Shown here: positions 52,407 through 64,000 of the stretch, piece after piece
Layout: each line of letters opens with the position of its first letter
Numbering within the stretch: position 1 is the first letter of the stretch
From: the human T2T-CHM13v2.0 reference genome, Homo sapiens
DNA length: 64,000 bases
NCBI RefSeq assembly: GCF_009914755.1
Contig: NC_060928.1
Reading direction: 5' to 3' (one strand)
The notes under the pieces: generated by a model
Databases searched by the model: none
What the model saw: the letters and a program-made list of their open reading frames with translations, nothing else
What the model was told of the DNA's origin: nothing
Translations under genes and position numbers: made by a program

Positions 52407-54929
52407 CTGCATCTACTTTTTAGTTATTGGTTCCTCATCCTCTCTACCCCATTTGTGAAGCAGATGCAGGTAGAGGAAGAAGGAGGGGGAAATGATACCT
52501 AACATTACTAATATTCTTTTCTCTTCATCATACCCCTACTCTCCATTCACCCTCATCCCCATTCTCTTTTCTAATCCTTCAGTATCTTTCTTCCCTATTA
52601 GACTGTAAGATCCAGAAGGATAAAAGCCATGTCAATGTTGGTCTCTAATGTGCCCCATCAATGTCTAGTACAAGACTTGACATATAGAAGACACCAAGAT
52701 GTGCTTGCTTGGTGAATGAGTGAGGCATGAAAGGGGGATTGGGGGAGTACACTGTTTTTCTCTATACCCCTCTTGACAACTTTACCCTGTTCTGATTTTT
52801 CACCTGTGTATCCCCCAATCTCTGATCTTGAAGGGGCCTGCCTCCTGGCCAGCAGCAAGAACATGGTTCCCACAATGGATGCTGAACACATTTTCCCATA
52901 GAGCATTTTTCTACATGGTGGTTAGTGTCTGTTGGAACTATACTGTATACTTAAGGGAGCTTTCGTGGCTGGCCATAGTACCCATAATGTACAACATTGT
53001 TTTTATGGGAAAATGCATTGAGTTCAAATGAATCTACTTACATGCAGACTTTTGGATTAAAACTTTTCCGTTAGTTGGGGACTACCATTACATGTTCTCC
53101 TGTCAGGCTTTTATTCATTACTAATACATAAATGAACAATAAGCCATTTTTTTGGAGAAAGACCAGAGGCAGAAGTCTTTCTTTCTGAGATTATAAATCA
53201 TTACATTAAAATGAATTTCATTCATCCAACAAACATTGCTAGTTTATTTCAAATGTATTTATAGGGTGCCTGGCACATGTAGGGCTTTGTACAAAGGAAT
53301 CATACGTGAATAAAATAGGGACCCTATCCTGGTGAGGTCATAGTCAGATTTCTGTTTAAATCGAAATTAGCCTCATAGTCCACAAGGTCACTTCCAGCTC
53401 TGAAATTCAGTAATTCTGTGATTTTTATGCTGTATTCATTTGCGTATTTCCTTGTTGTATGTGGTTCTGTTATCAAATTTATCTTTAGATAATAGAGAAA
53501 GCATATTTACATTCATTAATAACAATTAAGAGCAGTAACCCCACCATTATAGCTTTTAAATAATTCTAAATTTGTTGTTATTTATAAAAATGAAAAACCC
53601 AGGAACAAACCATTTAATTCTAGCTTTTTATTATAAAAAGAGTAGAGCCACATACATTATGAAATTGACATAAAAATAGAATGACAGAGACTTGACTTTA
53701 AAAGTTTATTCCATAAGGATAATATATATGGGTGTTGGGATTGCAAATATTTTTGTGTTTTTTCTAAATGTATTTCTGTAGTTTTCAAAGTTTCTATATT
53801 AGGTATTCCCTCACTATCAGTAAACACTGTTATTGTTATTCCCTCACTATCACCTCATATACATACATACATACGCAGGCACACTCCTTCCTTGTTATTG
53901 CTGAATAGTATCTCATTGTGTGGATATATCACACTTTATCCAAAATGGACTACACTAAATATTATTATTTTGAGACATGGTCTGGCTCTATCGTCCAGGC
54001 TAGAAATTTTCAATTTGAAAATTTTCAATTTGAAAAAATTGATTTTCAATTCAATTTTTGAATTGAAAATCACATGGTCCTCAAGACCCTCCATAATTTC
54101 CCAGGCTCATTTCTCTTACCTGTCTCTGTCCACGTCTCATGTCTTTCGTGGTTGGGTGCCATTCCTTCTTTAAGGACTATCTCAAATGGTACTTTTTTCC
54201 CAAATTTTTTCCCCTTGATTGAATAACAGTGTTTACTGTATTCTCACTGTATTTTGTCCAGGCCACAGTTTTAGCTTGTGCTTTTTGTTACTTGTATAAT
54301 TGTCTCTCATTTCAGATTCTAACCATGAGACAGGGACATTTCTGTTGGTATCAGAAATAGCCTTGCAAAGGCTGGAATGTAGGGTAAATTGGTAGTTATT
54401 ATTTCTAATTGGGAAGCTACAAAACTTTGTCTCAGGAATTAAGGAGGATAACTACATTTTGGGAGAAAACCTATCTTCCCATCCTTGATACAGTGATCTA
54501 ATGTTGTGCATGTAGTTGGAACTCAATAAATGCTTGTTGAAATGGACCCAATATCTGGTAGTGGGACTGGTGGCATTTTCAATGTCCCTGGAAAGGAAAT
54601 TCGATATTTATTTATACAATATACTTAGAAGTCCTAAGTTTAAAAGGGAGAGAGTGAGAACATATGTTGGTGAAACGAAGAAAATGTATATAAAGTACCT
54701 CTTTGCAGGAAAGCCCCAGAGCCATTGCTTTTCACTTTTATATTGGACATGCCATATTTGGATATGGTCAGTAAATGTTTGCTTTTTTTTTTTTTTTCTT
54801 TACAGAGGTATAAGTTCCAATACCTTAATGAAACAATCTGTAATAAATTCTCCTGTAAGTGCAAAGGCTGAGGGTATGTCTTCCATGTTTTTTGATGCCC
54901 TATTTGGATCAACCTTAAGTCAGAGATAG

Positions 54930-55337
<408 letters not shown>

Positions 55338-56034
55338 TAGTATTTTTAGTCACATCCACAGGCCTTTGAAAGGGAAAAAATATATTATTGATAGGTCCTG
55401 TTTTTTGAGGAAAAAAAAAAAACAAGCATTCCTAACTACCTGGCAAATAATTTCTTCTATTCTAATGATAATTAATTTATGTGGTCAAAGATCAGAGAAA
55501 GGGAGCCATAGGCAGGACAGCAGCCCAGTATTGGTACCACACTCTTAGGGATCTCTTAATTTTTGTTTTCTTCATAACAATTGTCAGTTTTCTTACACTG
55601 TGCTGTATTTGGAGTGGATGATGCTGGTGGTGATTGTCTAAAACTTAGATATTTAAACAGTTTGAAAACTTGTTGGAGTAGGAATTATAAAAGCTTTATA
55701 GTTTTCATTATCTTCTCCATTCCCACTCTTCCAAGTTACTACAAATATGCCTAATTTTTATAAATATATGCAATTTAAAATGTTTTAATTGTAATATACA
55801 AGTAGTTCTTGGCAGTAGATTCCTTCGGAGATTTTTCTTCATATTTTATAGAGTTCTTCAGATTTTTTCCTCTTTGCTTATAATACTTATAAAGTTATAT
55901 TTATTTTCTTTTGTCTAAACTCATTCAATGTGCATTTTTCTCACCTGCTCTTTTGTTTGCTTGCTGCGATACAAGGCTGTATAAAGAAATACTTGGTGCT
56001 TTCTGTGACAGCAGGCCATATAAAGAAATACGAA

Positions 56035-56608
<574 letters not shown>

Positions 56609-57786
56609 AGAAATACCAGCTCTTACCAAGCACTTTAATTCATTTAGTTTTTCACTCTGGCTACAGTGAGAAAAGACAATGTTTTTACACTTGATATACT
56701 TTTTATAAGAAAAAATCAATGCAGGATGAAAATATCCTGTTGCTCTAGTAATTCCCACAGAAGGTCAGCCTCAATAATAGAAGATGAAAAAAGTTTTGTG
56801 GTGTTTGCTGTTTTATAAACTCATATTTGGAGAAGGAACACAATATATATATGATTTCCTCATAACTGCTGTTGGTGCCCCAGATTTGATATTGTTGCAT
56901 GATAACCTGACATTGCTTCCTGCTTCTGAAGGAATGATTGGATTTGAAGCCAACATGCTTGCTAAACCGGGAAGCTGCTATTACAGAAGGCACAGGAAGT
57001 CAAGCTGCCTATGCAGTTGTGCTGAGACATGAGACTCATACGTTGTGACCCGTGCCTATTGTATGTCTCCCCATCTTTATAACTGCTTTTGAAAACTGGC
57101 TTCAAATAAGCAAAAGGCCTAGTGTTATTTCCATAGCAGCACTAAAATTAATGAATAAGAGTTACAGAGTTGGCTGAATATAAAGGAGATATGTCTAACA
57201 ATTACAGTTCTCCAAAACCTAGTGTGCTCCCTCTTTGTCCTTGTAAGTGGTCAAACAAAAATGGCATAAGCACTCACTTAGGTGTTGCATTGGTCAGGGA
57301 CCTGGTGGGAGGCGGATGGCACACACAAGTTGGATAATTTGGGGAACATTTCATAAAAAGACAGTAAAAATGTAGGGTATAGTAAGAATATACAAGGGCA
57401 AGTAAAAGGGTATGGGGCAAGGGCTAATATCTGTACGTGAGGAAGAAAGAGGAGGAAATGTTATCAAACCACTGGCTGTGTACAAATGGCTGCCTTATAG
57501 GAGCTGAGGTCTGCAGTCAAGGGAGACTGTCCACTGAGAACATACAGGGACACAGCCAGCAGTTCTGTTCCCTGACCCTGGGCTCTTCTGTCTCCAGCCA
57601 TTGTCCCTTTTGACTAAACACAACCAGTGTAGAACAAGGATTGTTGCAGTCCTTGACAGATCAGACTCTTCAGGCTCAAAGAGTACAAATAGGTGGGGAG
57701 TAGATTGGAGTTAAGTGGAAACAGTCCTGTGCAGATGTTATAGTGAGTGGGATATCCCTGCTGTCCTCATTGATAGTACAGAACTC

Positions 57787-59121
57787 TTTTTTTTTTAAAT
57801 TAAAGTTCTAGGGTACATGTGCACAACGTGCAAGTTTGTTACATATGTATACGTGTGCCATGTTGGTGTGCTGCACCCATTAACTCGTCATTTACATTAG
57901 GTATATCTCCTAATGCTATCTCTCCCCGCTCCCCTGACCCCACAACAGGCCCCGGGGTGTGATGTTCCCTGCCCTGTGTCCACATGTTCTCATTGTTCAG
58001 TTCCCACCTATGAGTGAGAACATGCAGTGTTTGGTTTTCTGTCCTTGCGATAGTTTGCTCAGAATGATGGTTTCCAGCTTCATCCATGTCACTACAAAGG
58101 ACATGAACTCATCCTTTTTTATGGCTGCATAGTATTCCATGGTGTATATGTGCCACATTTTCTTAATCTAGTCTATCATTGATGGACATTTGGGTTGGTT
58201 CCAAGTCTTTACTATTGTGAATAGTGACGCAATAAACATATGTCCGCATGTGTCTTTATAGCAGCATGATTTATATTCCTTTGGGTATATACCCAGTAAT
58301 GGGATGGCTGGGTCAAATGGTATTTCTAGTTCTAGATCCCTGAGGAATCGCCACACTGACTTCCACAATGGTTGAACTAGTTTACAGTCCCACCAACAGT
58401 GGAAAAGTGTTCCTATTTCTCCACATCCTCTCCAGCACCTGTTGTTTCCTGACTTTTTAATGATCGCCATTCTAACTGGTGTGAGATGGTATCTCATTGT
58501 GGTTTTGATTTGCATTTCTCTGATGGCCAGTGATGATGAGCATTTTTTCATGTGTCTGTTGGCTGCATAAATGTCTCCTTTTGAGAAGTGTCTGTTCATA
58601 TCCTTCACCCACTTTTTGATGGGGTTGTTTGATTTTTTCTTGTAAATTTGTTTAAGTTCTTTGTAGATTCTGGATATTTGCCCTTTGTCCGATGGGTAGA
58701 TTGTAAAAATTTTCTCCCATTCTGTAGGTTGCCTGTTCACTCTGATGGTAGTTTCTTTTGCTGTGCAGAAGCTCTTTAGTTTAATTAGATCCCATTTGTC
58801 AATTTTGGCTTTTGTTGCCATTGCTTTTGGTGTTTTAGTCTTGAAGTCCTTGCCCATGCCTATGTTCTGAATGGTATTGCGTAGGTTTTCTTCTAGGGTT
58901 TTTATGGTTTTAGGTCTAACATTTAAGTCTTTAATCCATCTTGAATTAATTTTTGTATAAGGTGTGAGGAAGGGATCCAGTTTCAGCTTTCTACATGTGG
59001 CTAGCCAGTTTTCCTAACACCATTTATTAAATAGGGTATCCTTTCCCGATTTCTTGTTTTTGTCAGGTTTGTCAAAGATCACATGGTTGTAGATTTGTGG
59101 TATTATTTCTGAGGGCTCTGT
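57787..59121 (-). mobile_element. 5'-truncated primate L1PA (ORF2 C-terminus plus 3' UTR)
   Basis: ORF 58168-58857 is L1 ORF2 sequence including [18 protein letters not shown]; T tract; TSD GTACAGAACTC at 57776 and 59120. Confidence 0.95.
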
Positions 59122-59273
59122 ACAGAACTCGTTTTTATGAAGAATCATTGACTTTCAAAAATACTTGAGGTTACCCAGTTCAAGCATCCAAAAATACAGA
59201 CTTCCTGTTCATTCAGCATCTAGTTTAATGTATTCAATTATGGAGAGCAAAATTTTACATTATGAAACATCTT

Positions 59274-59406
59274 GGCTGGGCACGGTGGCTAGTGCCTGTA
59301 ATCCTGGCACTTTTGGAGCCCCAGGTGGGTGGATCACTTGAGGTCAGGAGTTCAAGACCAGCCTGGCCAACATGGTGAAACCCCATCTCAGTTTAAAAAA
59401 AAAAAA
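59274..59406 (+). mobile_element. Alu left arm
   Basis: Single monomer ending in an A tract. Confidence 0.82.
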
Positions 59407-60272
59407 TGTATCTTGTTCCATTGTTGAACAACTGTAGAAGGTTATTCTTGCATTGAAATGTTCCTTCCTGTACCTTCTGTTGCTTGCTAGTTCTTCCGTT
59501 TGCTATTCTCTTGCCTTCTGTCTTTTGGTCCCTTTATGACATTTTTGGTGTTTGTTTAACAGGCATTCACTTATTCAACATCTATTTATTGAATGCTTGC
59601 TGTAGGCCAGGACTTGTTCTTGGTGCTGGGTATTCAGCTGTGAACAAGACAAAGCTTCTGCCTTACATGAAACTTACATTGTAGTAGGTAGAGACAGACA
59701 TTAAGCAAATACATAATATGGTCTCTGTAGGTGATAACTACTGAGATTAACAGCAGTTAACCATGGTCACAAGAGAAAACTGTGGCTTAAATTGGGTCTG
59801 AAGTCATTCTGAGTCAACTGTGTAATGCAGTGGCCAAAAAGCCTAAATTCATCTTAGACTATTTGAATCAAATGGCCATGTTAGAGAGGTCATGTTTGCT
59901 TTCTTATTGTCAAGCTGAGCCTGGTGTATAGCATTTACTTTTTGAAGAGATATTGGCAAGTGGAAACTTGTTCAGGGGTATCCCCATGATAGCCTTGTAA
60001 ACAGCTGAAGAAAGCCATCATATTTGCATGGAGTGTTCCCTAGGCCAAACCTTTCTGGTTTTGCCAACAGTTTCTCAAATGGTATGATGTCTATACTCTT
60101 TAACTGTCCTGGTCTTCCTCCAGATAATTAATTTCCTCTTAAAATGATGCTCCCAGAATTCAACTCATCTTTCCAGATGTGGTTTCAACTTAGGTAATGC
60201 TTATTAGACTATTTCTTCCCTTGATCTGGTTATTTAATTTTAGTAACGCATCTGAGGATTGAATTTCCTTTA

Positions 60273-60275
<3 letters not shown>

Positions 60276-60310
<35 letters not shown>
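60276..60310. repeat. (AC)n microsatellite
   Basis: Direct reading. Confidence 0.93.
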
Positions 60311-60311
<1 letters not shown>

Positions 60312-60725
60312 CTGTGTTACTTGACTCTCAGTGTTGAGCTAGGCTGTAAAGCCAGGTCTCCAGCACTTCTGTTCGTACAATTTATGTACATAAATATGTT
60401 ACCCAGCATCTCTATTAAAATGTCATCTCATCGCTGTCTGTGCAGTATTCTACATTAAGATCCTTCGGAATATTGTCTTTCATCTAACTTGGTGTTGTCT
60501 ACATAATTAACAAGCATATTCTCAAACTTCATCTAGGTGTTTAATATAATTGTTTAATTAAAAAAGAATAATAGCACCAGACCTTTCCTTCAGATTATAG
60601 CAGCTCAATAATTAATCCTGTTTTAGTATGACATTTCAAATAACTGTGAACAGCCTTAATATGTCATCCATTTTACATTTCTGCATTTTATCCAAACATT
60701 TTGAAAAATGAAGATACAGTCTTCA

Positions 60726-61127
<402 letters not shown>

Positions 61128-62200
61128 CTAACATTGCAGGGAGTGACCTTTCTTTTTCATTCAGTCTCAGTTATGTGTCCAAAGCATTGGTATATGTTTT
61201 GGTTTAGTTTTTAATTTGCAAGCTCCATGTAAGACTACAGTGGGTTTTTTGTCAGATGCCTCCTTATTTATGAGTTGGAGTGAAGACAGGGAGAGTATTG
61301 ACCTCATTCTTCCTGGAGATCTTTTTTGTTTTCCAAGGAGTTTGGTGTCGTATTTTATAGGATTTTCTAGATTATATGTATAACATCTTGACTCCACTCA
61401 AATGCCCAAGAACCCATACATTTTGGTGGCAGCATGACTTTCAAGAGGAGTTGCTTCTCTTGCTTAGTACAAAGTGTCCATGGATCAGAATGTGATTAAA
61501 CAAGTCAAGTCAGGTGACTTGTCACTGAGGGTTTGTATTGGTTGCAAGTACCAGAAATGTGCCTGTGCCGATTGGGGAATCAGGATATTAGTCAAAGGAA
61601 AGGAAAACCTGTTCAACAATTTTTCTTGCTTTTCATGTGCTGCAGAGAAAAGGCTAAATCCCATCTGGTGCACACTATTGTGGGAATCTTATACTTTAGA
61701 TTCATAAACACAGTATGTTCAGATTTTCTAGATTTGACATTTGCTTGAATGTGTTCGGTGTGTATTTTATACTGAGTGTCAAATTTCTTGCCTTTTGACG
61801 ATAGCTGACTTTTAGTTGACTAAAAAAGTAGTAGTCATAGTTAGGTTTACTATCTGTGGCTATCACAGGGTTCACATGGGCATCATTGTCCAACCAAAGT
61901 TGCTTCTGAAGTGCTGCCATACAGTCTTGGCTCTCATGAACACTTGTCCTAGTTTTTACCGTTGTCCTGGAAGAATTACTTTCACGAGTGTCTGGGTTTG
62001 GAGGAAAAATTGTATGGCTCCTATGGATACGTCTCAAAGTATTCTAGGAAGCAAGTTGTTCCCATTGTGCAGTTATTGCTTTGACATCTGGCCTTCCTTA
62101 CTTACCTCTGCTACAGAAAGAATCCAGAATGACTTGTAAGGCTGGTAAACCCAGTGATTCTTGGAATACTTTTTCAAGAATGCTCCTCCAGGAATGCTCT

Positions 62201-62478
62201 TGGAGTCTCACTCTGTAGCCCAAGCTTGAGTGCAGTCGTGTGATCCTGGCTCACTGCAACCTCCGCCCCCTGGGCTCAAGGGATTCTCATGCTTCAGCCT
62301 CCTGAATAGCTGGAATTATAGGTGCCCGCCACAACGCCTGGCTAAGTTTTTGTATTTTACTAGAGACGGGGTTTCACCATGTTGCCCAAGGTGGTCTTGA
62401 ACTCCTGAGCTCAGGCGATGTGCCCGCCTTGGCCTCCCAAAGTGCTGGGATTACAGGCATCAGCCACTGCACCCGGCC
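62201..62478 (-). mobile_element. Alu lacking a visible tail
   Basis: Alu consensus starting at GGAGTCTCACTCTG. Confidence 0.88.
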
Positions 62479-62961
62479 TGAAAACACATTTTCTTAATGG
62501 GACTAAACTTTTCTAGCTGAATTGATCTATTTTAAAACTTGCCAATGAAAGCTCCTTAGTAGTATCTGCTAATTAAATGCAGTTTTTATACCTAACGGAC
62601 CTTTTAAAGAATGTGTGCACTTTGCAAACCCCATTGCTTCTTGCCGTATCTGAGCACTTGCCACCTGGTGGTAAGGAGACCATTCCATCTCCTTCACTAG
62701 ATGGTAGCACCTGGAAGTCAGGGATCATTGCTGACTTATCTTGCCTCCCAACATTGATCATGCAGTAGGTGTGGATGAGAAAGAGGGAGATAAGGGAAGA
62801 AAGGGGGCTGTGAATAAACGCTGTTGCTTTCTGCTTCCTTTTTAGGAGTTAAAAGTCTCTTCAGCTACCTGTTTAGGAGTATGAAAGCAAATCTAGGAAA
62901 TGGCCTCTGCAGTTTTCCGAATATGACAAATCATTTAGTTTCCTAAGCTTGTTACTCTACA

Positions 62962-63196
62962 GTGGGACTTCTCAACCTCTGCACTGTTGATATTGTGGCC
63001 TGGATGATTGTTTGTTGTGTGGCCTGCCCTGTGCATTATAGGGTGTTTAGTTAGCAGCAGCATCCTTGGTCTCTGCCCACTAGATGCCAGTAGTGCACCC
63101 CATCCCCAGCTGTGACAACAAAAATGTCTGCAGGCATTGCCAAGTGTGCCCTGGAGGCAAAATAGCCGCCCCCTAATTGAGATTGAGAACCGCTGC
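62962..63196 (-). mobile_element. MER20 (hAT-Charlie)
   Basis: TTCTCAACCTCTGCACTGTTGA...CCCACTAGATGCCAGTAG...GTGACAACAAAAATGTCT...TTGAGAACCGCTG. Confidence 0.82.
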
Positions 63197-64000
63197 TGCA
63201 TAGGAGCTCCTGTCTGGGACAAATGCCCACCAGAGAAACCAGCAAGTAATAGAAATGTGGCTTTGGAAGGGAACTTAGAAATCATCTGGAATGTTGTATC
63301 CTGGAGAACTCCTCGCCCCACACCAGCGCCAGCACCCCTCCCCAACCCCCTACACCACCTCCACCTTTATACTTATGCTTTATACCTGCAGAACTATAAC
63401 CTAAGGGAAGGAATGAATATAAAAAAGAAAAAAATACAACTATATGAGGTAATACTGTTTAGGGCTTGTAGGGTTATTTGTTTTAAGTTTGCTTACAGAT
63501 CATGAACATGTGTCTACTTTCAGGTTACTCAAAATAAGAAAGCATAAGCTTATAGAAATAGGTCAGGGAGAAAAACACAGAAAAACTAATGTGCAGCACT
63601 ACTAAAAAAGAATTCAAGGTGTATGTTGAACATTTTTCAGATTAAAAAGAACTCACTGGAATGTGGCTGGATTGCTAGTATCGCCCTGTGGAGCTATCTG
63701 GGCTTCATATGAGGCTATTCTAAGTACATGCATCAAAAAAGAGATATAGAAGAGTATTTAAAGTAATGATAATTGGCCTTTTTCAAAAAATGACTTGCTT
63801 TCTAAACCTGAAAAATAGCCATCATGATACTAGAGAAATAGCTGAGATATTAATATTTCCTCTGTAGATTGTTTTGTTTTATAAGGGCATTTTGTGTCTT
63901 ACTAAGAAATCTCACATAAAAGTAAGAACACCAAATTAAATATTAGCTCTTGTGGTTATTTTAAGACTCATCTCAATAACCAAGAGAATTTGGTTCTCAC

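Overview
Human (or closely related ape) genomic DNA, not prokaryotic. The window holds the 5' end of GAB1 on the + strand: a CpG-island promoter (~23.0-24.8 kb), coding exon 1 (24410-24481, [24 protein letters not shown]) and ~39.5 kb of intron 1. The intron contains MIR3139 (a hairpin made of two tail-to-tail L2 ends), an antisense RPS2 processed pseudogene, two ERV1 solo LTRs (one MER41B-like with tandem GAS motifs) and a 5'-truncated L1PA. The upstream 23 kb is very Alu-dense and contains old L1M fragments, MaLR and MER4-type LTRs and a full-length dead Hsmar1 mariner. Nearly all entries in the ORF track are repeat-derived artefacts. I found no convincing previously undescribed multi-gene system. 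The most notable signals are fossil rearrangements (an inversion revealed by an inverted 18-bp TSD, a chimeric Alu triplet, an old Alu-L1 duplication, a templated palindromic junction) and candidate regulatory elements for GAB1, mostly transposon-derived. Family and gene assignments come from recalled consensus sequences; no database search was run, and repeat boundaries without a TSD are approximate.
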